Shown here piece by piece: positions 40,601 through 50,110 of a stretch of DNA of 64,000 bases. A program made the position numbers and the translations under genes. The stretch spans positions 4,576,001-4,640,000 of the forward strand of contig OZ240248.1 in the NCBI GenBank assembly GCA_965198235.1. Direction: 5' to 3'. The first letter of the stretch is position 1. Every line of letters begins with the position of its first letter. This DNA comes from Candidatus Poribacteria bacterium. Lineage in GTDB: Bacteria; Poribacteria; WGA-4E; WGA-3G. The notes under the pieces are model-generated. The model did not search any database and had not been told where the DNA came from. It worked only from the letters and a program-made list of their open reading frames with translations.

Positions 40601-42938
40601 TGAAGAGGGTATTATTCACGTTGGGAGCGTTGTGGGTGCAGGAAGCATCCTCGTCGGAAAAATTACACCGAAAGGTGAAAGTGAATATGGTCCGGAAGAG
40701 AAGCTCCTACGCGCAATCTTTGGTGAAAAAGTCAAAGAAGTAAGGGATGCTTCGACTTATGTACGCCCCGGAGTTGAGGGTGTCGTTATTGATGTAAAAG
40801 TATTCTCCCGTAAGCCGGATGCTGCCTCCCGTCGTGGAGGTTGGGCACAAGGCGACTCAGGGTTATCGATGGCTGACAATTTGCGATATGAATCGAAACG
40901 CAAAGAGATTGAAGAGACTTCGCGTGAGCAGATCGCTTCTATCCGTCGCCGAAAAATCGAAGAGATTCGCAAAACACTCATAGGATGTGAACTTGCTGAT
41001 TCGCTTTACACGGTTAATGGAACTAAAGGTGATACTGACGCTAAACTCTTCGCTAATGCTGGTGATACCCTGACAGCTGAGGTTTTGGACGCTTATATTT
41101 CCGGTTTCACTGCAGATGAGTACCACTTGGTAACCGAAGATACAAACTCTGAAGTTTTTACCGCTGAAGCGTGTTATAGGGTAACAGACGTACCTGAATC
41201 AATTCCTACTATTGTGGTCTATCCTTCGGATTCCTCAGCAGTGCAAGGATACCTTAGCGAAGTGTGCAAACCGATTTTGGGAAGTACTGAGCCATTCTTG
41301 CAGGAAACGGAATCTGTAGATGGGGACTTAGAAGATGCTGATGTTGTGCTTCAGGGTTACGATAACAGTGTGATTGCTATTGCTGTGTGTGAAGACGCTC
41401 ACACTGACGATGAGGATGCTGAAAACGGGTATCATTCCGAGCGTCTGATGGAGATGCTTGCTGCAACAGGAGCACGATTTGGTGTATTGGTACCTGACGG
41501 TGAGCCAGAACCCGATAACTGGGATTTCTATGAACTCGTAGATTTGACCAGCGACTCGCCTCCGACACAAGACTCAGAAGCACGAGTCGCTGATCAAACT
41601 GTGTTGCAACTGTGTGAGCGTTCTGAGTTTGAGACTGGAATTACCACACAACTTGAAGCAACTGGATGCCCTGTCGTTGAGACACAGAGGCTCAACGAGG
41701 AAGAATGGACGAACTTCAGTCAGACTTATCCGGGTTTACAAGCCGAGTTATTTTGGCAAATTAAGGAAGTTTTCGACCCCGCGTGCCCCTTGACCGAAGG
41801 ACAAGAACTCTCCGATACCGACTATCTGCGAATGTCCAGAGATTTTCCTGCACGTCCTATAGCAGCGGGTCAACGACTGGCTGCGGATGAACTGGCATCA
41901 TTTACCCGGACCATCAAGGATTTGAAAATCGACAGCGTCTGGCACATTACCGTTGTTTTTGACCCAGAGTGTACACTGTCTGCTGGAGAATATGTTTCTG
42001 ATGCCGACTATCAAGAGGCACGTAAATCATGTAGCTTGACTTTCTCAGACATCCATGTTACCAATGCCAATGCCAGAGAGCATATTCAGCGTGTTGAAGA
42101 GATGGCGCAAGGCAGGATAACCACTTACACTGAGGAGAAAGAACGAGCACTTCAGCAGTTAGAGATGGGTGATGAGCTAAAACCAGGAGTCATCAAACGC
42201 GTCAAAGTCTATGTCGCAAGCAAGCGTCCGATTTCCGTCGGCGATAAGATGGCGGGCCGCTACGGCAACAAAGGTGTTGTTGCCAAAATTTTGCCTGCTG
42301 AGGATATGCCCTATCTGCCGGATGGTACCCCGGTTGAGTTGGTACTGAACCCGTTAGGTGTGCCCTCTCGAATGAACGTCGGTCAAATCTTGGAAATTCA
42401 TCTCGGATGGGCGTGCCATGAACTCGGTATCCAAGTGGAATCCCCTGTATTTGATGGTGCAACAGAGGGAGAAATCTTTGAAATGCTTGGTAAGACCGAG
42501 CTCCCAGAACGCAGTAAACAGACCGGTAAGAGCATTCTCTTTGATGGTAGAACCGGTGAGGCATTTGCCCAGGAAGTAACGGTGGGTTACGTCTATTTCC
42601 TCAAGCTGAACCACCTTGTTGCTGATAAGATGCATGCTCGCTCAACGGGACCTTATTCTCTTGTTACACAGCAACCGTTGGGAGGCAAGGCACAACACGG
42701 GGGCCAACGGCTCGGTGAGATGGAGGTCTGGGCATTGGAGGCTTATGGTGCAGCCCATACGCTCCAAGAAATGCTCACGCTCAAATCAGATGACGTTCTT
42801 GGTAGAAGAGAGATTTACGAGTCGGTTGTGAAAGGGTTAAATCCTGAACCGCCCGGTACACCGGAATCATTTAAAGTCTTGGTCCGCGAACTCCAAACCC
42901 TTGGACTTCATGTATCCCTCGATAAGGATGAAGAATAG
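37695..42938 (+). CDS. rpoB: RNA polymerase beta subunit (1747 aa, with large insertions)
   Basis: SQLHRSPG, HYGRVCPLETPEG, GDKMAGRYGNKG and GGQRLGEMEVWALE motifs. Confidence 0.99.
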   Translation: MNKKPIQKNVRMSFAKTQVRTPLPNLIETQKLAYDAFLQQDIPPNERPDTGLQAVFKEVFPIRDFSEVNSLEFVNYSLGTPKYTLQECVARGVTYQVSLTARIMLVLREADSDADEPHVVDIRESDVYLGEVPLMTENGSFIVNGSERVIVSQLHRSPGVIFLEKALPTGRRTPTAQIIPYRGAWVEFEIDTKDQIYVRIDKRRKLPATVLLRALGWESDADILKLYAKTERLVLAGWQVTHVEGPAKKITSGDLLDAADFRQASRDYPDLEVEKSYRVIEVTDKDCPLEIGQALTYKNRTSLRRKWKGFETELLRRVVDTHNSGCELIPEQVLTNSEYEEGRARYGSKAFAAEQILSQDSQESVGRVCAEDVINPETGEVLLTANTLLTETELERLSETGVEALTVLDEEDCQHIRFLRNTLERDRQADYEEPYTLQDAALLEIFRTLRPGDPAGIENARKHLSWLLFDPHRYDLGVVGRYKLNRKFQNIPVYGEPPEETLRTLRPEDIAATVDYLLKVHNGIAPKDDLDHLGNRRVRVIGELLENQFRMGLFQIRRTTRERLSTNNDIAKVVPSSLINPKPLMMALREFFGSNQLSQFMQQINPLDELTHKRRISAIGPGGLHRDRATAAVRDVHRTHYGRVCPLETPEGPSIGLIVSLACYGRINPYGFIETPYHKVEDGSVLDPVEYLTADSEDTAYIAAKAISNDAEQAGNGEASGLQTPPTEQMLPVRSGEDVLSLPMEKVDYIGVSPQQIVGISAALVPFLEHEDANRALMGANHQRQAVPLVRPEAPLVGTGMEAPAALYSGALITAKRAGTVTSVSADEILIYTGETLHHDKGENTFSEMGYDVYKLQTFKRSNSGTCIHQHPIVAVGDKVEAGQVIVDGTSTESGELALGRNVLCAYMPWGGHNYEDSILISETLIKEDIFTSIHIEEFEVEARETKVGPEEITRDIPNVSEQRLTQLDEEGIIHVGSVVGAGSILVGKITPKGESEYGPEEKLLRAIFGEKVKEVRDASTYVRPGVEGVVIDVKVFSRKPDAASRRGGWAQGDSGLSMADNLRYESKRKEIEETSREQIASIRRRKIEEIRKTLIGCELADSLYTVNGTKGDTDAKLFANAGDTLTAEVLDAYISGFTADEYHLVTEDTNSEVFTAEACYRVTDVPESIPTIVVYPSDSSAVQGYLSEVCKPILGSTEPFLQETESVDGDLEDADVVLQGYDNSVIAIAVCEDAHTDDEDAENGYHSERLMEMLAATGARFGVLVPDGEPEPDNWDFYELVDLTSDSPPTQDSEARVADQTVLQLCERSEFETGITTQLEATGCPVVETQRLNEEEWTNFSQTYPGLQAELFWQIKEVFDPACPLTEGQELSDTDYLRMSRDFPARPIAAGQRLAADELASFTRTIKDLKIDSVWHITVVFDPECTLSAGEYVSDADYQEARKSCSLTFSDIHVTNANAREHIQRVEEMAQGRITTYTEEKERALQQLEMGDELKPGVIKRVKVYVASKRPISVGDKMAGRYGNKGVVAKILPAEDMPYLPDGTPVELVLNPLGVPSRMNVGQILEIHLGWACHELGIQVESPVFDGATEGEIFEMLGKTELPERSKQTGKSILFDGRTGEAFAQEVTVGYVYFLKLNHLVADKMHARSTGPYSLVTQQPLGGKAQHGGQRLGEMEVWALEAYGAAHTLQEMLTLKSDDVLGRREIYESVVKGLNPEPPGTPESFKVLVRELQTLGLHVSLDKDEE

Positions 42939-42971
42939 CTGACCGCTGACCGCTTAAAAAAAGGAGAACTG

Positions 42972-45900
42972 ATGAACACGGCATTTGACAGCATCTCCAT
43001 AAAGATAGCCTCGCCCGATCAGATTAAAGACGAGTCGAAGCAGACCAGTTGCAAACGTCGGAAGCCCGCCCAAGAAGCGGATGCACCTTTTATCTGCCCC
43101 GAGAAAGGGACATGTAGTTGTGGCGAGGTCAAGAAGGCGGAGACTATTAACTACCGCTCCTTTCGTCCTGAAGCGGAGGGCCTCTTCTGTGAGGCTATCT
43201 TTGGACCACAAAAGGACTGGGAGTGTAACTGTGGTAAGTATAAACGGATTAAACATAAAGGGATGATATGTGACCGCTGTGGTGTTGAAATCACACAACA
43301 GCGTGTTCGCAGAGATCGACTCGGATATATTCAGCTTGCCGCACCTGTCTCTCATATATGGTACTTCAAAGGAATTCCTTCTCGCATCGGCACCTTCTGT
43401 GAACTCTCCTCACGTGATGTTGAGCGTGTGCTCTATTTTGAGGGGTTTATCGTCGTTGAAGTGACTGACCCAGATTGTCCTCTTGAACGTGGGCAGGTGT
43501 TAACCGAGATTGAGTACATAGAACACAGCAACAAGTACGGGGATGGATTTCGGGCTGGCACCGGTGCAGAAGTCATTCGCGAATTACTCAGCGATATTGA
43601 TCTTGAGGCGGAGATAGAGAAGTTAACCACAGAGTTGGAGGAAACAACGAGCCATCAGAAAAAGCTGAAGATCGCCAAACAACTGAAACAGATAGCTGAC
43701 TTTGCAGAAGTTGGTCAGCGGCCCGAGTGGATGATTTTGGATGTTATTCCTGTCATCCCACCAGATTTACGACCTCTTGTTCCGCTTGAAGGTGGACGTT
43801 TTGCTACCAGCGACCTGAACGACCTGTATCGCCGTGTTATCAATCGGAACAACCGACTGCGTAAATTGATACAGCTCCGTTCCCCCGAAGTCATTCTCCG
43901 TAACGAGAAACGGATGTTACAGGAGGCAGTCGACGCATTCTTCGACAATGGACGGCACGGTAGGCGTGTCACCGGTCCGGGTAACCGTCCGCTCAAATCC
44001 CTTGCTGATGTTCTCAAAGGTAAGATTGGGAGGTTCCGTCAGAATCTGCTCGGTAAGCGGGTTGACTACTCTGGACGGAGTGTCATCGTTGTTGGACCTG
44101 AATTGGGGTTGCATCAGTGTGGGATCCCCAAACGGATGGCTGTAGAGTTGTTTAAGCCGTTCATTATTGAGCGACTTCAAGCGTATGGGTATACGCAGAC
44201 AATTAAGCGTGCGAAGCATATTGCTGAACACGTTGATTCCGATTCTCCTGTATGGGAAGTCGTAGAGGAAGTGATTGCGGATCATCCAGTTTTACTCAAT
44301 CGCCCGCCAACTTTGCACCGGCTCGGCATTCAGGCATTTTTGCCTGTCTTGGTAGAGGGCAAGTCGATCCGGATTCCGCCACTCGTCTGTAAAGCGTTTA
44401 ACGCTGATTTTGACGGTGACCAGATGGCAGTCCATGTACCACTCACCGTGGAAGCCCAAGCTGAAGCGAAACTCCTAATGCTCAGCAGTCATAACATTCT
44501 CAAGCCCTCACATGGCGATCCTATCGCTGTTCCGGAGCTTGACATGGTACTCGGACCCAGTTTCCTGACAAAGGTGTTGCCAGAGCACGCTGCGGATGCG
44601 ACACTTCTGCATGATGCTTATACAACAAGCGATCCTTCTGCTTTTGATGCCCTCCGTGAAAAGCCATGGTTCCATCGTCGCTACGCACACCCAGAAGAGG
44701 TGCTTACCGCTCATGCAGCGGGTCAACTTAAACTGCACGACAGCATCCAGCTTTTCCGTGCATCTAATGGGGATGATGGGAAAACCACGGAACCAATTCT
44801 AACGACAGTCGGCAGGGTAATATTTAACCAAGTACTGCCGTCTGGTTTAGAGTGGGAGGATGCAAATTCTCAGCAGCGTATTTCGTTCTTCAATGCTGAA
44901 GCTGGAGGCAGAGAACTGTCTAACCTGATCCACCGTTGTTTCAACGAATTGGGCACACGTGCCACGACTGAAGTGCTTGAGAAAGTACAGAAGCTTGCTT
45001 TCGAGTATGCAACGCTGAGTGGTGTTTCGCCCGGTATCATGGATTACATTACTCCTGAGAATCGCGATGCTTTGGTGAGCAAAGCACAGGCAGAAATTGA
45101 CACCCTCCTTGGCAATGTCACGGCGACCGAGCGCGAAGAACATGAAAACGAGCAGATTCGTATCTGGTTGGATGCGATTACAGCCGTTGAGAACACAATG
45201 TTCTCGATTTTGCCCCAGTTAGAGACCTCTCTCGTTGAGCGCGGTGACCCTCGAAAGATTCATCCGTATGTTGATCCCGATGGGTTAGAGGTACGCGACA
45301 GAACAGTAGAAGGCTTCAGTCCGGTACATATCATGGCAGATAGTGGCGCACGAGCACGGAAGAATCCATTTATGCAAATCAGTGCTGTTATCGGGTTGAA
45401 AGCCAAGCAGAGCGGTGAAATTCTCATTCCGCCGATTACCACCTCTTATCGTGATGGTCTGGACGTACTTGACTACTTCAACTCTACTTATGGATCCCGT
45501 AAGGGTCTCGTGGATACGGCGATGAAAACCGCCGCGTCCGGTTACCTCACTCGAAAGCTTGTGGATGTGGCTCAAGATGTTCGTGTCACTACTGAAGACT
45601 GCAGCACGCTTAATAGCATCCAAAAGTTCGCGACAGAGGGGGGCGACCTTGCTTTTAAGATTAGCGGACGCACTGCTGCCGAGGATATCCTCAATCCAGA
45701 GAGCGGGGGCCTGCTTGTTCCATCGGGTACTGTCATATCGGCGCAGATGGCGGACCAGATTGACGCACTTGGCATAAGAGTGGCGAAAGTGCGCTCTGTG
45801 CTCACGTGCCAAACCGATGATGGAGTCTGCGCAAAATGCTACGGTAACGATTTGACGACGAATGATCTTGTCAATGTTGGCGAAGCTGTGGGCATCATTG

Positions 45901-48671
45901 CTGCACAGTCTATCGGTGAACCGGGTACGCAACTTACTATGCGGACGTTCCACACCGGGGGTGCTGTTGAAGATGTTTCAGAAGCGCGTCAGCGCAGAAT
46001 TTTGTCTAAAGTCAGTGGCACCGTGTATTTCCGAGATTTCCAACCCAGTCGGACGGTCAAAGAAGAGGGCGAGCTCTGGGTCGCAACCGAAAACAGAACG
46101 AATCTTGATGAACCTGCCTACAAGGTTATACGAGTTAACAATCCTCACTGTCCATTGCGAGAGCATGAATTACTCAGTGAGAAGCAGTACATGGAAAACG
46201 CGGAGCGCTATAAAGGTTTTGATACAAAGACGTGGCAGTATCAAGTCACAGCTGTCTTGGATAGCGACTGCGACTTGAATGTGGGGGGGCGACTGTCTCA
46301 GGCAGAATACGTCAAGGCACAGATGGAATATAGCTTCCAGCGATTTGTGACCCCAAAATACCGAGTGGCGCGGGTGCAACATCCTAAGCTTCCATTGACT
46401 GTTGGCACCGAGCTCACTGAAGAAGAGATAGAGCAATTGAGAACTGATATCCGGCAAGGGATTAACGGAGAATGGCATTACTTAGATGCAGAAACAGGCG
46501 AGCGTATTGCTATTGAAAGCCTTACAGCAGTTTCAGGTAATGCTTCTTCTGAGCGTCCGAACGGTTCCTCTGATAATCCCGATACTGCGAATGCGTCTGG
46601 GCGAGATGCGAGTTTTAATCGTGTGTATTGTATAACCGAAATAGATAAGCAGACAAGCAAAGACTTCGGATTTAAGGTAGGAGACGAAGTTGCACCAGAA
46701 GAAATTGCTCCGTTGCTTAATCCATTTGAGATGGAGATAAAGCCCGTTTACGTTGTACATACAGAGGTTGCTGAATTTACAGTTAGTCAGACATTAACGT
46801 CCCGTGAGTACGAGGACGCTCGCACAGAGTATCAGCAACTTGAACGCGCATTTAAAGTTGAAAAACAGGATGATGAACGACACTATGTGACAGCTGTGTA
46901 TCATCCCGAATGTCCTTTTGAAGTGGGTGAAGAATTGAGCGAGGCAGCCTTAACCCGTGCACGCAAGCGATTTCCAGGTTTTGATGCACCGCCCCTACGA
47001 CACCGTGTAACGCAGGTGCATCATCTGGACTGCAGTCTCAAACCGAGAGATCTACTTACTGAGAGTGAGAAAAAACAATTCGATGAGAGTTACCCTGGAT
47101 TCGTCACTTCTCAAAGTAAGAGCACCGCGGGTGGCTTTGCAGGAGAACGGTTATACCGTGTTACATCGGTCAATCATCCTGACTGCCCATTAGAAGTTGA
47201 TGGTCTCTTGACGCAAAAGGAATCATCTGCAAACCGCCGACACTACAAGGGTTTTGAAGTTGCACGTCATTATGAAGTGACACACATTGAAGATGAAACG
47301 ACAGCGTTAAGTGTCGGTCAGCGTCTCACCGAGATCGAGTATAAAGCACTCCGCAAGACGGATGCTTCGTTACCTGAGAAAGTCAAAGGACTCTATCATG
47401 TCATTAGCGTCCATCACCCTGAATTGAACCTGGAGGTTGGTGCTGAATTGAGTGAAGACGAGTATAAGACGTCCCATCGCCAGTTCAAAGGATTTGATGT
47501 TGAGCTGGTTTACCAGGTAACTGTGGATACGCGGGATGTTGATGAACTACTTGAGGTTGGGACTATTCTACCCTCGAAGGAATACCGGGCTCTTGAGAAA
47601 GCAAACTTGCGGGTGACCCATACCGTCACCGAGGTTCATCATCCGAATTGCAAGTACGCTGTCGGCGACGAATTGTCCGAGGAAGTATACAATGAGGCAG
47701 CGAGACGGTATCCCGGATTCGAGATCGATGAATTGTCATTGCGGATGCGTATTGAGGTAGAAACATCGGATGGGAGTCGGGTGCCGCATGTCATTCCTAC
47801 GGGTTACTCCTTCTCTTTGACAGAGGGTGATAGCATTCAGAAGGGAGAAACGCTGGCAGAGCTCTATGAGAGGACAGCGAACCGTGACATTGTTGCTGGT
47901 ATTCCGCGTGTCACTGAATTGTTTGAAGCGCGCCGCCCGAAACGCGGTGAAGCCGCAGAAATCGCTGAGATTGAAGGTTACGTCCAATCTGCAGGCACGA
48001 AGTCAGGTATTCCTACCTACCGCATTGAGCACGAGGGATATCAGAGTCGTCTCTATCAAATACCTGATGAGAAGCGACGCGTCGCTGAAGGCGATTGGGT
48101 GAATGCCGGTGAACCCCTCACCGATGGTTATCTCAATCCGCACGATATTTTGAGTATCGGACGTACGACTATTGAAGGTGTATCGGTTGAGGGTGAAGAG
48201 GCGGTCTGGTCATATCTCGTCGATGAAGTCCAGAAAGTCTACGGCAAGGGGACTATCAACGATAAACACGTTGAGGCAATCGTCCGACAGATGTTGACTA
48301 AGATTCGTATCACCGAGCCGGGCGACACAAACTTCTACCCGAACGATGAAGTGCAACGCAAGCAATTTGAACGCGTTAACAGTGAGATTGAGGAAAAAGG
48401 TGGAACGCCTGCCTCGGGTGAACCGATTCTCCAGAGCATAAGTAAAGCCTCCTTGAGTACAGATAGCTTCATCTCAGCTGCATCCTTCCAGCAGACGACG
48501 AAGGTGCTAACGGATGCTGCTGTCGGTGGGCAAACCGATAGACTCTTTGGGTTGAAGGAAAACGTTATTCTCGGTAGACTCATACCAGCGGGAAGTGGAT
48601 TCTCCAGTTTCCAGGACTTAGAGATATCCTCCATTGAACCAGAAATAGGCGAAGCTGGTGATGACGATTAA
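42972..48671 (+). CDS. rpoC: RNA polymerase beta-prime subunit (1899 aa, with a large trigger-loop insertion)
   Basis: CNCGKYK...CDRCG, GKRVDYSGRS, NADFDGD, GEPGTQLTMRTFH and GLKENVILG motifs. Confidence 0.99.
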   Translation: MNTAFDSISIKIASPDQIKDESKQTSCKRRKPAQEADAPFICPEKGTCSCGEVKKAETINYRSFRPEAEGLFCEAIFGPQKDWECNCGKYKRIKHKGMICDRCGVEITQQRVRRDRLGYIQLAAPVSHIWYFKGIPSRIGTFCELSSRDVERVLYFEGFIVVEVTDPDCPLERGQVLTEIEYIEHSNKYGDGFRAGTGAEVIRELLSDIDLEAEIEKLTTELEETTSHQKKLKIAKQLKQIADFAEVGQRPEWMILDVIPVIPPDLRPLVPLEGGRFATSDLNDLYRRVINRNNRLRKLIQLRSPEVILRNEKRMLQEAVDAFFDNGRHGRRVTGPGNRPLKSLADVLKGKIGRFRQNLLGKRVDYSGRSVIVVGPELGLHQCGIPKRMAVELFKPFIIERLQAYGYTQTIKRAKHIAEHVDSDSPVWEVVEEVIADHPVLLNRPPTLHRLGIQAFLPVLVEGKSIRIPPLVCKAFNADFDGDQMAVHVPLTVEAQAEAKLLMLSSHNILKPSHGDPIAVPELDMVLGPSFLTKVLPEHAADATLLHDAYTTSDPSAFDALREKPWFHRRYAHPEEVLTAHAAGQLKLHDSIQLFRASNGDDGKTTEPILTTVGRVIFNQVLPSGLEWEDANSQQRISFFNAEAGGRELSNLIHRCFNELGTRATTEVLEKVQKLAFEYATLSGVSPGIMDYITPENRDALVSKAQAEIDTLLGNVTATEREEHENEQIRIWLDAITAVENTMFSILPQLETSLVERGDPRKIHPYVDPDGLEVRDRTVEGFSPVHIMADSGARARKNPFMQISAVIGLKAKQSGEILIPPITTSYRDGLDVLDYFNSTYGSRKGLVDTAMKTAASGYLTRKLVDVAQDVRVTTEDCSTLNSIQKFATEGGDLAFKISGRTAAEDILNPESGGLLVPSGTVISAQMADQIDALGIRVAKVRSVLTCQTDDGVCAKCYGNDLTTNDLVNVGEAVGIIAAQSIGEPGTQLTMRTFHTGGAVEDVSEARQRRILSKVSGTVYFRDFQPSRTVKEEGELWVATENRTNLDEPAYKVIRVNNPHCPLREHELLSEKQYMENAERYKGFDTKTWQYQVTAVLDSDCDLNVGGRLSQAEYVKAQMEYSFQRFVTPKYRVARVQHPKLPLTVGTELTEEEIEQLRTDIRQGINGEWHYLDAETGERIAIESLTAVSGNASSERPNGSSDNPDTANASGRDASFNRVYCITEIDKQTSKDFGFKVGDEVAPEEIAPLLNPFEMEIKPVYVVHTEVAEFTVSQTLTSREYEDARTEYQQLERAFKVEKQDDERHYVTAVYHPECPFEVGEELSEAALTRARKRFPGFDAPPLRHRVTQVHHLDCSLKPRDLLTESEKKQFDESYPGFVTSQSKSTAGGFAGERLYRVTSVNHPDCPLEVDGLLTQKESSANRRHYKGFEVARHYEVTHIEDETTALSVGQRLTEIEYKALRKTDASLPEKVKGLYHVISVHHPELNLEVGAELSEDEYKTSHRQFKGFDVELVYQVTVDTRDVDELLEVGTILPSKEYRALEKANLRVTHTVTEVHHPNCKYAVGDELSEEVYNEAARRYPGFEIDELSLRMRIEVETSDGSRVPHVIPTGYSFSLTEGDSIQKGETLAELYERTANRDIVAGIPRVTELFEARRPKRGEAAEIAEIEGYVQSAGTKSGIPTYRIEHEGYQSRLYQIPDEKRRVAEGDWVNAGEPLTDGYLNPHDILSIGRTTIEGVSVEGEEAVWSYLVDEVQKVYGKGTINDKHVEAIVRQMLTKIRITEPGDTNFYPNDEVQRKQFERVNSEIEEKGGTPASGEPILQSISKASLSTDSFISAASFQQTTKVLTDAAVGGQTDRLFGLKENVILGRLIPAGSGFSSFQDLEISSIEPEIGEAGDDD

Positions 48672-48676
48672 ATAAT

Positions 48677-48710
48677 ATAGGGCGGGTATCCTTACCTGCC
48701 CTATTTTTTT
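48677..48710 (+). terminator. Intrinsic terminator after rpoC
   Basis: ATAGGGCGGGTA-TCCT-TACCTGCCCTAT followed by a T tract. Confidence 0.85.
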
Positions 48711-48721
48711 ACCTGTACTAC

Positions 48722-50110
48722 CTAACCTAAATTCGGTCGCGTCATATTCCCTGGCAAAACAAGTTTATCAAACGCCTCACCTGTCAGCACCTCAAGGGCA
48801 ATAGCCGCTTCGCGCAGTGTGCTTCCGTGTTCATGCGCATATTGCGCAACTTTTGCCGCCTTATCATATCCAATATGCGGGGTCAACGCCGTCACAAGCA
48901 TCAGTGATTCCGAGAGGTGCCTCCCTATCGTTTCAGTATTTGGCACGATGCCTTCAACACAATTCTCGCGGAATGACTCACACGCATCGCCGAGGAGTTG
49001 TATAGATTGTAAAGCGTTATAGGCAATCACAGGCATAAACACATTCAGTTGCAATGCCCCATTCGCCCCCGCGAATGCCAAGGTTGTATCATTTCCTATC
49101 ACCTGTGCACACACCATCGTAACGGCTTCACATTGTGTTGGGTTCACCTTTCCCGGCATAATCGAGCTTCCGGGTTCCATCTCAGGTAACTGCAATTCAC
49201 CGAGTCCACACCGTGGTCCCGAAGCGAGCCATCGGATATCATTTGCAATCTTAAATAGGGCAACTGCCAGTGTTTTCAAGGCACCACTTGCACTAACAAC
49301 GGCATCCCGACACGCAAGTGCCTCAAATGCGTTTGGTGCGCGTTTGAGTTCATAGCCTGTTGTTTCCGATAGCTTCGCGACAACCCGTGCTGTATAGTCG
49401 GGATGTGTATTCAAGCCCGTCCCGACAGCCGTTCCGCCAATTGGGAGTTCAGAGAGATGCGGCAGCGAGGCATTGATGCGTTGTTTTGCGGCGGCGAGTT
49501 GTTGTGTGTAAGCACTAAATTCCTGTCCGAGTGTGAGGGGTGTCGCATCCATCAGATGTGTTCGTCCAATTTTAACAATCTCCGCAAACGCGGAGGCTTT
49601 TTCTGCAAATGCCCCTTGCAGCGCGCTCAGACGCGGTAAGAGATGCTCTCGGATCTGTCGGACCATTGCCAAATGGATAGCAGTTGGGAAGACATCGTTT
49701 GTGGATTGGGACTTGTTGACGTGGTCGTTCGGATGGATCGGATCTTTACTGCCCAACTTACCGCCAAGCATCTCAATTGCCCGATTCGAGATGACTTCAT
49801 TGACATTCATGTTTGTTTGGGTTCCACTACCTGTCTGCCAAATACGGAGTGGGAAGTGATCGTCTAATGTTCCATTGATAACTTCTTGTGCTGCGTCGCT
49901 GATTGCTTCAGCAAGCCGGTTTTCGAGCAAATCGAGGTCTGCGTTGACGTGCGCGACCGCCTGTTTGATAGTGCCGAGTGCCCATATCGCGGCACGTGGC
50001 AAGCGCTCTTCACCGATCTTAAAATTTTGGAGTGCACGTTGTGTTTGTGCCCCCCAATACCGGTCATCTGGGACGTGAAGTGTCCCCATACTATCTGTTT
50101 CAGTTCGCAT
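48722..50110 (-). CDS. fumC: Fumarate hydratase class II
   Basis: [25 protein letters not shown] and [11 protein letters not shown] motifs. Confidence 0.97.
   Translation of the reverse strand: MRTETDSMGTLHVPDDRYWGAQTQRALQNFKIGEERLPRAAIWALGTIKQAVAHVNADLDLLENRLAEAISDAAQEVINGTLDDHFPLRIWQTGSGTQTNMNVNEVISNRAIEMLGGKLGSKDPIHPNDHVNKSQSTNDVFPTAIHLAMVRQIREHLLPRLSALQGAFAEKASAFAEIVKIGRTHLMDATPLTLGQEFSAYTQQLAAAKQRINASLPHLSELPIGGTAVGTGLNTHPDYTARVVAKLSETTGYELKRAPNAFEALACRDAVVSASGALKTLAVALFKIANDIRWLASGPRCGLGELQLPEMEPGSSIMPGKVNPTQCEAVTMVCAQVIGNDTTLAFAGANGALQLNVFMPVIAYNALQSIQLLGDACESFRENCVEGIVPNTETIGRHLSESLMLVTALTPHIGYDKAAKVAQYAHEHGSTLREAAIALEVLTGEAFDKLVLPGNMTRPNLG

Noticed and set aside
37695-48671. Inteins as the cause of RpoB/RpoC enlargement
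   Set aside because: No C/S start with His-Asn-(C/S/T) end and no LAGLIDADG motifs seen; the inserts are repeat arrays at known insertion sites
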